DNA of 64,000 bases from Callorhinchus milii (taxonomy: Eukaryota). A program made the translations under genes and the position numbers. Below, piece after piece: positions 1 to 12,243 of this stretch (the first letter of the stretch is position 1; every line of letters starts with the position of its first letter). The notes under the pieces were generated by a model that worked only from the letters and a program-made list of their open reading frames with translations, was not told the origin of the DNA and made no database searches. The DNA lies in assembly GCF_018977255.1 (NCBI RefSeq), contig NW_024704742.1:124064001-124128000 (forward strand). Direction: 5' to 3'.

Positions 1-1663
1 TCAAAGGCTGCACTCTAGCGGTGATTGGAAACAAACTAGTTCTTTTTCACAACGGTCAATCGAGCGAAACCGGGTTCGATACATCAGCACGTTCCGTGAA
101 CCCCAGTCTCACAAGGCAAACGACAAGTTCAGATTTAAAGTTAGTGTAGGGAACGAGGTAAGCAAAGAGCTCGTCTTCCCCATTGTGGTGAAATGGATCA
201 ATTTTAGACTCCTCAAAAATAATCGGTTAGAGATCGATAAAGTGAAGAAACAAGCTCTGGACTCTGATCACCTCTATGCTATGATTGAAGGAGCTAGAGT
301 CTCTGAAAGTGGATTGCACTACAAGTTGGTGAGCACCCCTGAAAAAGGACATCTCCTGCTGCAAGGTGAGATTTTAAAGAAAAACTCATCTTTCAGTCAG
401 AAGGACGTATCTGCCCACAAGGTGGAATATGAACTTATTGAGAAACCTCTTGAGGATGGGGAGGATTCCTTCAGCTTTCAGCTTTCTTTCAAGCAGGCAG
501 TGTCGATCATACATGGTTTCCACATACTCATCAAAGCTGATGTTAACAGCATTATTTTGACAAATAGAGGCCTTACAGTGGCTGAAGGAGAGGGAAAACT
601 GATAACCCAGGCAGAATTATATGCAGAAACATTAAACACAAAAACATTTTTGTACACTATCATCCAGAGCCCAAAGTCTGGCAAGTTGAAACGCATAAAT
701 CGCTCGGATTCAGCTGATAGCAATGACAACATAACCACTTTTACTAACCAAGATATCATTGGAGAACGCCTCATGTATGTGCATGATGACTCTGAGTCCA
801 CACGTGATGAGTTCAGGTTCATAGCTTCTGCTGGAGGGAGCACGGACAATTCAGAAGCCGACTCTTTTGACTTAAACTCTGTTGTGGGAACATTTCTCAT
901 ATCTATTGAATTAAAAAACGATGAGAAACCAGTTCGTACAGTAGATAAAGTTTTCCGTGTTGTTAGGAACAGTCAGAGGCTACTGACTACTGAAGATTTG
1001 TGCTATCATGACCCTGATTCGGATTTTAACGATGCACAGTTATTATACACTCGACGTGGTATTCCAAATGGTGACCTTGTTCTTATAAACGACACCTCCA
1101 AAAAACTCTTCCAGTTCCACCAAGAAGACCTTGAGCAAAAGCGTGTCCTCTTCACTCATCAAGGCGCTGACAGTGCTAGGTTCGTATTGTTCGTAACCGA
1201 CGGCAAGCATTACACTTCTTCGCTGCTTGAGGTATATGCCTCAGACCCTTACATCCAAATAGCCAACAACACTGGGCTTTTGGTACAGAAGGGACAAGGA
1301 AGGTCTCTGACAGCAGCCAATCTCAGTGTCACTACAAACCACTTTATTAAAGAGGAAACTGAGATTGTGTACAGATTGTTTTTGTCTCCCAAACACGGAG
1401 GACTGTATTTGAATGACGTCATTGTGGAATCTTTCACTCAGCATGACTTGAAGAATGGTCATGTAGTGTATCAGCATGATAACAGCAACAATCTTTTGGA
1501 TGAGTTCAATTTCACTGTGAGAGTGAAGAATGTGCTGCTGGATGGAGGTGTCAGCATTCGTATTTACTTGGAAAGTCATCAGCATCCCCCAAGTATCGTC
1601 AACAACAGCAGTATACTGGTTGAGGAGGGGAAGCCTGTGAAAATCAGCCAAAACAACCTTCAG
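1..1663 (+). CDS. CSPG4: CSPG4-like large internal exon (partial, open from window start); CSPG repeats
   Basis: Frame is open from position 2 (QRLHSSGDWKQ...ISQNNLQ). Donor CAG|GTAAAA at 1663/1664, phase 0. Motifs YVHDDSESTRDEF and FTQHDLKNGHVVYQHD. Confidence 0.95.
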
Positions 1664-1950
1664 GTAAAATTAATCCAACTCCTACGGCCACTTTTGAATT
1701 GAGTATAACCTTCTCCGTATAACCCAACTAATCAATATCTGTCTGACTGTGTTTTCCAAACAGTTATTAGTATTAAAGCAACACTCCAGGGAACAGCTTT
1801 GAACAATTGAGTTGTTGTTCCGATGGAAGTGGCAAGTTCTGATTCCTGACATGATCTGTCCTTGAGCCCTCAGCCTTGTGTAATCTAGTTCTGATCTCCC
1901 ACTTTGCTATTTAGTACCAAAATATTGCAGTTGCAGAGTGAAGTATCCCA

Positions 1951-2750
1951 TAAGATCATAAGATATAGGAGCAGGAGTAGGCCATTTGGCCCTCGAGCCT
2001 ATCCCGCCATTTAATAAGATCATGAATGATCTTCTAACCTAATTCAATTTACCTGCCCTATCCCCATAACCCTGAATCCCTCTATCCTTTAGAAATCTAT
2101 CAACCTCAGTCTTGAATATGTTCAAGAACTGAGCATCCACAGATTTCTGCGGTAGAGAATTCCACAAATTCACTACCCTCTGAGTGAAGAAACGTTTCCT
2201 CAACTCAGTTCAAAAAGGCTGACCCTTAATCTTGAGACTATGACCCCTAGTTAGATTAGATTCTCCAACCAGGGGAAACAGTCTCACGGAATCTACCCTG
2301 TCAAGACCCTTAAGAATCTTATAGGTTTCCATAAGATCACCTCTAATTCTTCTATATTCTAGAGAATATACAACAACAAAATTACATTTATAGAGCGCCT
2401 TTCACGGCGGGAGGATGTCCCAAAGCGCTGAACAGTCAGGTGTCAGGGCCCGAGCATGGGGGCCTAGTTTATTAGTTTATTCAACCTATCCTCATAGGTC
2501 AACTCCCTCATCCCAGGAACCAACCTAGTGAATGTTGAGCTGCACCCCCTCTAAGGTGAGTATGTCCTTTCTTAAATAAGGAGACCAAAACTGCCCACAA
2601 TATTCTAGGTGCGGTCTCACCAAGGCCTTATACAAGTGCAGTAAGACTTCCCTACTCTTGTATTCTAACCCTTTTGCAATGAACGCCAATATGCCATTAG
2701 CCTTCCTAGTTGCTTGCTGTACCTGCACACTAACTTTTTGTGACTGGTGT
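1951..2750 (-). mobile_element. CR1 LINE 3' fragment, interrupted by an L2 tail at 2371-2460
   Basis: Minus-strand ORF LYKALVRPHLEYCGQFWSPYLRKDI is the CR1 ORF2 C-terminus. Aligns by eye with the CR1 copy at the window end. Confidence 0.9.
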
Positions 2751-2962
2751 GATTTTTGTGATAGTCATTGGGATATTACAGTACAGCTGGCTTTGCCTGC
2801 TATATAGTGAATAACTATGGTTTTAGTATCCACAAGTTAGGAAGGTTGTACTCATTTGTGAATCAATGTTTTATTGGTGATTTGAATCTTTTTTTCAGTT
2901 AAATGAATGTTGTGATATAAATCCATAAGCGATAAGCCTAATATTTAATGCAGCAATGTGGT

Positions 2963-4443
2963 AGCAATCAAGCTACCGGCCCATCTCCAACCTCCCCTTC
3001 CTGTCCAAACTCCTGGAACGAGTTGTCGCCTCCCAGCTGCGCTCTTTCCTCTCCACCCATTCATTATTCGAACCCCTTCAGTCGGGTTTCCGTGCTGCCC
3101 ATAGCACAGAAACTGCCCTGGTCAAGGTCACCAATGACATCTCGATCATCTGTGACCAGGGGTCCCTCTGCCTCCTCGTCCTCCTCGACCTATTGGCCGC
3201 ATTCGATACGGTCGACCATGCTATCCTACTCCACCGCTTATCCTCCCACCTCAACCTTCAAGGCCCTGTCCTTGAGTGGTTTAGGTCGTCTCCCACCGTC
3301 TTCAATTTGTTTCCACGAACGTTTTTTCCTCCGGCCCCCCCACTGTCTCGTGCGGTGTCCCTCAGGGCTCTGTCCTCGGTCCCCTCCTCTTCACCCTCTA
3401 TATGCTTCCCCTTGGTGACATCATCCGCAGACATGGGGTTAACTTCCACATGTATGCGGATGACACCCAACTCTACCTTTCCTCCTCTACCCTCAACTCC
3501 ACGACCACCGATGTCCTGACAGCTGCCTGTCCGACATCGAGTCCTGGACGAGAGACAACTTTCTTCAGCTCAACGTGCGTAAAACTGAGGCCCTCCTGAT
3601 TGGCTCACGTCAGCGCCTCCGCACCTCAGGCGCTGACAGCATCAGCATCCAAGGCTGCACTCTCCACCTCTCAAAGCCAGTCAGGAACCTCGGTGTTCTG
3701 TTCGACCCTGAGCTGTCCTTTCTCCCTCATATCCGCGCCACAACTGGCACCGCCTTCCATCACCTCCGGAATATCGCCAGACTACGGCACTACCTCACCC
3801 CTCACGCTGCTGAAACTCTGGTTCACGCCTTTATCACCTCAAGGCTGGACTATGGGAACTCTCTCCTCGCCGGCCTTCCCGGCACCTCCCTCCACAAGCT
3901 GCAGGTCATTCAGAACTCTGCAGCTCGTGTACTGTCCCGCACCAGGCTTCGGGACCACATCACTCCCACCCTCGCTCGCCTCCACTGGCTCCCCATCCCC
4001 CAGAGGATCGAATTCAAGATCCTCATCCTCACCTACAAGGCCATTCACGGCCTTGCTCCCTCCTACCTCTCTGACCTACTATCCCCCTACCTCCCTGCCC
4101 GTATCCTCCGTTCCTCTGGCTCCGGTCTGCTCTACATCCCCCGCCCTAACTGCCCTACCATCGGTGGCCGGGCCTTCAGCCTCTCAGCCCCCAGGCTCTG
4201 GAACTCTATACCCAGTGCCTTCGCCGCCTCCTCCCTTTCCTCCTTCAAGGCCGGTCTCAAGACCTTTCTCTTTGACCGTGCCTTCAGCTCCCCTCTCGAC
4301 TCTCTACTCCCTCCTCGCTCCCTCCCTCACCCTGACCATTTCCCCCCAAAGCTCGGGTCCTGACCCAACTGTACAGCGCCTTGGGACGTCCTCCCGACGT
4401 GAAAGGCGCTCTATAAATGGAACCTTGTTGATGTTGTTGTTGT
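2963..4443 (+). mobile_element. L2 LINE, 5'-truncated, young; RT domain and (TGT)n tail
   Basis: Motifs [49 protein letters not shown]. 3' hairpin AGCGCCTTGGGACGTCCTCCCGACGTGAAAGGCGCT then TGT repeats. Confidence 0.93.
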
Positions 4444-4881
4444 GGTCATTCTTTTAAAAAAAGTATTTTTACAGACAGTATGGATTATTTGGTGGATTAT
4501 TTCAACTGTATTAGCAAAACAAATTATTACTGAAATAAGCAACCGTGTGTAATACGGCATTATACAATATGCCTTAAACCACTATCCAACAATCTTATCT
4601 GGCTGTGGGGCCATGGTGATATCCTGCCCTCGGCAGGCACTTGCTTGCTCAATATCCCGTGCCCAGCCCTGAATGAGTCTGTTCTACTTTGGTTATTTTC
4701 CCTCCCCCACTCTCCGCCAATCCATCCTCCAGCTCATGTGCAAACACTCGACTGTCCAGTACCTTAGGATGTCCCCCTGATTTGAAAGTGCTCCACCAAT
4801 GCAATTTGGTGTTTCTGACTGTGGCAGTTTCCATCATTTGGAGGCAAGTCCCAAGTCTGTATTAGGCGGGGATATCCAATC

Positions 4882-6146
4882 CAATCGGGTTGCCCACACC
4901 ACAGAAACAGCCCTGGTCAAAGTGACAAATGACACTCTGCCCATCTGTAACCAGGGCTCCCTCTACCTCCTCGTCCTCCTTAACCTCTCTGCTGCTTTCG
5001 ACACCGTCGACAACACTGTCCTCATCCACTGCCTCTCCTCTCACCTCAACCTCCACGGCTCTGTCCTTGACTGGTTCAGATCATACCTCTCACACCACCT
5101 TCACTTCATCTCCACTAGCCCTCGGACCGTCTCGTGTGGCGTTCCTCAGGGCTCTGTCCTTGATCCCCTCCTCACCAATATCTATATGCTCCCTCTTGAT
5201 GACATCATCCACAGACATGGGATCAACTTCCATATGTATGCAGATAACACCCAACTCTATCTCTCTGCCTCCCCCCTTGACTCCAGGATCTCTGCAGTCT
5301 TGACTGGATGTCTGTCAGACATCAAGTCCTGGATGAGAGCTAACTTTTGAACTTCAACAAGACAGAGGCTCTCCTGATTGGCTCCTGTCAGCGCCTCCTC
5401 AACTCAGGCGTTGACAGCATCACCATCCATGGTTGCACACTCCACCTTACTAAGCCAGTCCGGAACCTTACCTATCCTTTCTATCCCACATCTGCGCTAT
5501 GACCCGCTCTGCCTTCCTCCACCTCCGCAACGTCGCCTGGCTCTGTCACTGTCTCACACCACAGGCCGACAAAACCCTCATACATGTCTTCATTACATCG
5601 AGGCTCGACTATGCAAACTCACTGCTTGTGACCTCCCCAACTCCTCCCTCCACAGGCTGCAGATCATCCAGAACTCTGCAGCCCTTGTCCTCTCCTGCAC
5701 TAGGCTCCACGACCCTATCACCCCCATCCTTGTCCAACTCCACTGGCTTCCCATCACACAGAGGATACAGTTCAAGATCCTGGTCCTCAACTTTAAAGCC
5801 CTCCATGGTCTTGCTCCCCTACCATTCTGCTCGCTCCCTCCGCCCAGCAGGCTCCAGCCTGCTTCACATCCCCTGCCTCGCTCACCCCACTATTGGCAGG
5901 CGGGCCCTGCCACTCTGACCACCCCTCTGGAACTCCATCCCGCGGTCCCTCCGTCTCGCCACCTTCAAGACTCACCTCAAGACCCTCCTCTTCGACCATG
6001 CTTTTGAACTCCCTGTTTTCCCCCCTGCCTTCTACTCACCCCGACCCCAACCCCCAGCTTGGGTCCGTAACTCTGTCTGTCCAGCGCCTTGGGATGTCCT
6101 CCCGATGTGAAAGGCGCTTTACAAATGTAATTTTTTTGTTGTTGTT
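4882..6146 (+). mobile_element. L2 LINE, 5'-truncated, degenerate
   Basis: Motifs [29 protein letters not shown]; same 3' hairpin and tail. Confidence 0.9.
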
Positions 6147-6846
6147 ATCATCTTATAACTAAAGGACATTTTATGCAATATAAAGGGCATGCGGAAGGCA
6201 GGGGAATAGAACTAAGTAGCTCATTTAGAAAGCCAGTATGAGGCACAATCTCCTGAAAATTGCTATGGTTCCATATCATCCACGGGCTTATACAGTGGGC
6301 GATGCTGGATGAAGGGGGATGGGTCTGCTTCTTTCCAAGCCTTCAGTGATGCCAAAAATCTGAATGTTATTTTTCTGCCCTTCAATTCTTGCGCTGCATC
6401 TGTTTTGGTTGTGGCTCTATTCCATTAAGTAAGGTATTTGGACTCTTCGTTTTGCAAGGTTTAGGTGGTACTCAACTGAGCAAGTATAAGCAAGTGTCCA
6501 GGTTAATGTTCTGATCCAGTATTTAAAGTGTGGTGCTGGGGGAAGAGCGGGAGGAAGAGAATCATGCATTTTTAGTAAGGTGCCTGGAGCAAAGACTTCT
6601 GCATTCAAACAGTGTATTTACCTGTATTTGTTTTGCTTAATGGGAATGCGCGTGGGGAGAAAACGGGTTTGAGCTCTCTTTTTGAGCTGTTACTGATGTG
6701 GGGGAGGGGGAAAAGGGAGAGACAGAAAACAGTGCTGGTATTGAATGTTGTGAGTGTGGAGTGAAAGGAATGCTTTGTAGCTAGAGAGCAGTGTTGTCAT
6801 AAGATATATTAAATGTGTTGGGCTCAACACACTGCAACCAATCTAA

Positions 6847-7312
6847 CAGTCCCATCCTTGCCCAACTCCACTGGTTTCCCATCACATAGAGGATACAGTT
6901 CAAGATCCTGGTCCTCACCTTCAAAGACCTCTACGGTCTTGCTCCCCCCTACCTCTGCGACCTCCTAACCCCCTACCACCCTGTTTGCTCCCTCCGCTCA
7001 GCGGGCTCCGGCCTGCTTCACATACCCCGCCTTGCTCGCTCCACTATCGGCGAGTGGGCCTTCCGCCACTCTGCACCCACCCTCTGGAACTCTATCCCGC
7101 AGTCCCTCCGTCTCGCCTTCTCCCTCGCCACCTTCAAGACCCACCTCAAGACCCTTCTCTTTGAGCATGCTTTTGATCTCCCTGCTTCCTCCTTGCCCTC
7201 CACCGCCCTCACCCCGACTCTCAGCTCAGGTCCGTAACTCTGTCTCTCCAGCGCCTTGGGACGTTCTCCCGACATGAAAGGTGCTATACAAATGTAGTTT
7301 TGTTGTTGTTGT
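6847..7312 (+). mobile_element. L2 LINE 3' fragment
   Basis: LHWFP...IQFKIL region followed by the L2 3' hairpin and (TGT)n. Confidence 0.88.
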
Positions 7313-7382
7313 AGCACGGGGCACTGTGGACAACCTTACTCTTAACCTGAAATACAACACAACGCATCTCAGCCAATCCTTC

Positions 7383-7697
7383 ATAATAATAATAATCCTT
7401 GAATTTGATATAGCGCTTTTCATGTCGGGAGAACGTCCCAAAGCGCTTCACAGAATACACTGTAAAGTGAATTGACTGTATATTTGTGGGCGAACGCGGC
7501 AGCCAATTGCGCACAGCAATGTCCCACAAACAGTCGTAGATTGAAAATGACCAATTTATTATTGTTTTTGGTTTTGGAGGGATTATTATTAGGCGTGTGG
7601 AGTAAGGAAACTTGCCCAAGGTTTCGCCCTGCCTGGAATTGAACTCAGGTCTCTCACTTGCAAAGCGAGTGCTCTAACCACTGAGCTACAGGACTCC
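7383..7697 (-). mobile_element. tRNA-derived SINE (Deu-like body, L2-type tail), young short subfamily
   Basis: Near-identical to 13815-14130 and 49517-49835. Has A/B boxes and an (ATT)n tail. Confidence 0.9.
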
Positions 7698-9569
7698 AAA
7701 CTACAAACAGCTCTGCATGTCATCCAACACATAAGATGCACATGACATTCAATGCTGTGTGCACCCTCAACAATGCTACTGGTAACCCTATACACTTTGG
7801 GAACAATCTGGTGAATTGGCTGTTATTGATCATGTTCCAGGTGGAGCATGGATTGAATGAGCCTGATGTGATAACAAAGCAAAGGATTTTAGGGTCACAT
7901 TTGCCCAGGAAAGGAGCCTGTGTATGGGGAATTCAGGCTAATTACCAATTCCTCAGGCAAGTTTTCCATAAGCCAGGAAGCAAGCAAGCATTCTATGCCT
8001 CCCAGTCGGGAGTTAGGTTAAGGCAGCAAACTGTTGAGTTGACAGCATCCAGCTCTAGAAATTGGCAGTGTGTCTGATGTAGGCAGACATTTCAAACAAC
8101 TCAAATATGGTATGTACAAAACTGCACAGACTGGTCACAAAACATAAGGTCTGTGGAATTAATTTTAAAGCACAAATGAGAATCAACTGTAAGTTAATCT
8201 CCCTTTACCGAAAGGCTTTTAAAAATCCTATTTTCTCTCTTTGATTCCAGAGATCACATATGTTCGGCAGCTATGGATAATTTTGTTTTATGCATTAATT
8301 TTCATAAATATTCTTGATGATAAACATGTGATGACATTGACAATGATATTGTAATGCAACAAATAGCTTACTAACCTTTTTCTAATGCAGTTTTATAGCG
8401 TCTACAAAACACAAATGCCTGAGGTTAAAATCTCTCATGTTAAGCCACTAGAATTTGATGTGGTTCTGCAATGTTTCTAAGAGATGGCCTGACAAGATGG
8501 ATTTAACCTCAGGCATATATATATATGTACAGTATTTCTATTTTTTAGGAAGTATGGAGCATTTATCGTCCACAAGGTGGTGTCCGATTCCACTTTGTTA
8601 TACACATGTAAAAAATGCTGGTTGTAATTTAGTTGGTAGTCTTTCCCATTCATGATAAGCTGAGCCAATAGAAAAGTGTGGAAATATTTGCCAAAAATTG
8701 CAGGGCATTTGGCAAATTTTCCAGAAATTGCGGGGTTGTTGATTGGTGTTATTGAGAGACACGTTTTGTGAAACAACCCGGATTATAACTGTAGGCATAT
8801 ATTTCCTGAATATGTAGTTGTCTTTAAAATACTAAAAATGTTACTTTGAATAGTACAGCACGTAACAAGAATTTGTCGTACGAGCTCAGTTTAGGCCGCG
8901 GGTATCAGTCGAAGCCGATTTCCTGCTCATGGCACTTCCACGATCCCAAAACTCCCTGGAGCTGCTTCGCACACAGTAGCAACGTGGAGCAAACAGCGCA
9001 CAGAGGCCCAGGCCCAGCACAATGTGTATAAGTTTATAGTGAAAAGGGGTGTTTGTAGAGTGTTTTTAGCGGAGGAGGTAGTTTGCAGCCGCACTTTTCT
9101 ATCGGCCCAGATCGATAAGGTCCTAAGTGCAGCACAGTGCATTGTCCTAAAAAGTGTAAAAGCTTCTCATTTTCCCTTTGTATTGGAGGGGGTTTGAGAT
9201 GCAGTTCCAGAGAACACCCCACCACTCTCCATTCTTTAGTCTTTCTGACTTGTTTTCTCTCTCCCCACTTGCAAAGCCCTCTTTACCTCTTTTTGATTTC
9301 ACTTTAGGTCATTGTTTCTCTACCTACCACCCTCTTTAGCTCCCTCCTCCCCAGTGTCAAACCAGCTGTGTAAAGCCCACATTGGGACTTTGAACCTACA
9401 CTGTACTCAGACACTCCAATGATGTGCTCAGGGTGCATTGTTGGAAGTTTCACCCTTCAGACTAGATGCACCTGATCAGGCATCAATTCAGTTTCACATC
9501 AGTTTACAAAAAGCACCAGTGGACCACTTTCAATCTTCCAAGGCCAAAAAAAAGCCATTTGTCCATTCT

Positions 9570-9845
9570 GCTTCTCCCTCCCCTCACCCTGACCATTCTC
9601 CCCCCAATGCTCGGGTCCTAACCTAACTGTACAGCGCCTTGGGACGTCCTCCCGACGTGAAAGGCGCTCAATAAATGGAATCTTGTTGTTGTTGTTGTTG
9701 TTGTTGTTGCTTCTGAGACAGAGTGCTTCTGATGGTTGCTTGGCCTCTGTGCTCTGAAACAGCACTCTGCACTCTGAGATGCTGCCCTGCATGAGGGGCA
9801 CTACCCTGTGTGAGGGGCGCTATACAAATGCAAGGTGTTGTTGTA
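9570..9845 (+). mobile_element. Two tandem L2 3' tails from different subfamilies
   Basis: 9570-9709 matches the 3' UTR of the 2963-4443 element. 9790-9845 carries the CTACCCTG...GAGGGGCGCTATA variant tail. Confidence 0.8.
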
Positions 9846-9869
9846 AACCATACCAACAAGAAAGCTTAT

Positions 9870-10125
9870 ACTGAGTTAGCTGATGTCAGCTGGGGCCGCA
9901 GTTGGAGTACTGCAATTGGCCTAGACTAGGGAGGAGAAAAGTCATCTGGGGATCATGTTTCCTGATCGCTCCTGATTGAGTAACTCCTGATGGAAACGAC
10001 ATGCCTGTGTGGATAACAGTTGAAGGCAGGATCAGATTTGTCTCTGATACATGTGCCTCCGTAGTCACGGAGTCTTCTGACACTCACTGTCTAGACAGCT
10101 GTATGAAAACTGGCAACTTGGTAGG
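9870..10125 (+). mobile_element. Ancient SINE, AmnSINE2-like
   Basis: CTGAGTTAGCTGATGTCAGC...CAATTGGCCT...CCTGATCGCT...GACACTCACTGTCTAG matches the consensus as I recall it. A related copy lies at about 40905-41020. Confidence 0.6.
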
Positions 10126-10339
10126 CGGACAGATGGCAAAAATACTGGCTACGGAGTTCTGAATAAGGCTTGTGGAGAGTCGAGCAAGGGATAAGGCGAG
10201 GAGAGTATTAGAAAAGTAAAGTCTGGAGGTGAATGAAGGTTGCAGCTGCAACAGGAGATAGGGTAAGGGTGGGCGATACCGTGGATGGGGTAATGACTGC
10301 ACAAAAGGTTGAAAGGAGAGCTGAGGGGGAACAAAATGC

Positions 10340-10565
10340 CAATGATCGCTTTTCTGGGGGTAATAATCCCTGCCCCCCAGAAAATATACTAATGATTTGG
10401 TCACTCAATCCCGGAAATTTGTGGGACACTGCTGTGCACAATTGGCTGCCACGTTTCACCCACAAAATATAGTCAATTCACTTTACAGATTATTCTGTGA
10501 AGGGCTTTGAGAAGTCGCGAATATGTGATAAGGAGCTTTATCAAATGCAAGGATTATTATTATTA
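10340..10565 (+). mobile_element. tRNA/Deu-L2 SINE 3' half
   Basis: TTTGTGGGACACTGCTGTGCACAATTGGCTGCC body plus CAAATGCAAGG(ATT)n tail. Confidence 0.8.
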
Positions 10566-11081
10566 ATATTGTGCACAGACTCTGACTCTGAGTGAGCAGC
10601 AGCGGAGGTTGATACACATTCGGAGACGTGAAAGGGGTTGATGCTGATTGGAGCTGTAAGCAGGTTTATAAAGCTTCTGTTTTCTCAACATTCAGTTGAA
10701 GGAAGTTATATCAGTATATGGGAAGCATGGTTTAACTGTTATGGATGGGCTTGTTTAGTTTAGGGCAATTAGTGTCTGGAATTGGAGGGATATCTGGGAA
10801 TCCAATATTTCCTTTAGTCTTAGACTGTAAAACCATTAAGTCCTAAAATGTAAAATTGTGGAAAACTTCTTAATTCAGTAGTTAGTTCTTGGTAAGAAAA
10901 GTGGCTTTCAAATTAAGACTAAATCTAAAAACTTTCCAAAACTCTGCACTATCTTAAACTTTAAAATGGTCTTCCATGCTAAGACAAGGTAGAATTTCGA
11001 GCCATCTAAATTTTACGCAAAATATTTGACCATGAATTGGCAAGCTTTTCAGATCTATAATCACTTGTTTTGTCATTTTAG

Positions 11082-11555
11082 ATTGTACATCAAGATAATC
11101 TGCCAACAGAAATAGTTTACAAAGTGAAGATTGCACCATCTCATGGCTACATCCGTATCTGTGTTGAAGAAGAGGGGTACTGTACTGGAGCAGAACATAA
11201 ATCGATCCAGGCCTTTACACAACAGGATATCAATGATGGAAGCGTGCAATATGTGCAAGTCAAAGCGAACAAGCTGAAGGACAGTTTTACTGCGGATGTG
11301 ACTAATGGAGTGGTAAAACTGACTGGTATCTCAGTCCTAATTGATATAATTCCCAGGGTAATCCCAATCCAAATCCAGAACTTTACCATCAAGGAAGGTG
11401 CTGCTAAGGCCCTGACAGAGAACATCATTAAAATCTCAAGTCAACATTTTGCCGGCCTTAATTTGGAATACTCCATCATAGAACAACCAAAACATGGATA
11501 TGTAGAGAACTCGCACTTCCCTGGAATATCACTTGTGTCATTTACCAGGCAGCAG
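11082..11555 (+). CDS. CSPG4: CSPG4-like exon (474 nt, phase 0-0)
   Basis: Acceptor tgtcattttag|ATT, donor CAG|gtattg. Encodes IVHQDNLPTEIVYKVKIAPSHGY...SFTRQQ. Confidence 0.93.
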
Positions 11556-12243
11556 GTATTGTCACAACATTGTTTCTGATCAGTTGTTTGTACTACAGTA
11601 GAGTCAGCGGATGTTTGTACTGTATAGGGTGAACTCTGTTTTTAAGCACATCACTAGAGTGCAGATTCACTTATAACATGGGTTCCTCCATAGACCCGAC
11701 GGTTACCAGATGTACGGTTTGTGGACTACCTGGCTTCCTGTGCTAAAGAATGCTGGTCATCAAGTCACTGCTGACTTTGCTTTCTGAAATGATGTCAGCC
11801 ACCACTTGCGCACAGTACGCATACTCAGTATGCAGGAAGTGACAATAGCAGTGCTTCCTGCAAGCACAACAAGTTGTAACAGTCGCAACCTGACAACCTG
11901 GAAGTTGGCCTTTTTTTATGCTTGTTTAAGAACAGCAACAAGATTACATTAATGCAGGCACTGGGGATATTGGACAATTGGCTACAACAGGGTTCCTCTG
12001 TTTTTAATGATCTCTGGCGTTTTTCTCATGAGCTTGCTTAATATTTCTTTTTAACATAATATTAGTAAAGAGAATTGCAATTTAAACAATTTTGAGAGAA
12101 ATTCATCTTTATCTTCCAACTGAAAGATGTTGCCTCTAGCTTTCTACGGCACCTCAATAAGCAGCTCAGATTTAAGAAGCTGAACATGATGGTAGAAACA
12201 CTGATTTTGTGCTGCTCATTTTATTTATTTCTTTGTCTATTAG

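Noticed and set aside
478..1651. Antisense ORFs over the CSPG4-like exon
   Set aside because: Shadow ORFs opposite coding sequence with no recognisable domain.
185..1702. Stand-alone 505-aa ORF with its own start and stop
   Set aside because: The frame is open from position 2 and splices at 1663. The GTG start and the stop at 1702 are artefacts of ORF calling.
3575..4457. 262-aa and 285-aa ORFs as host genes
   Set aside because: These are an L2 ORF2 fragment and its Ser/Pro-rich alternative frame. The same applies at 51401-52069.
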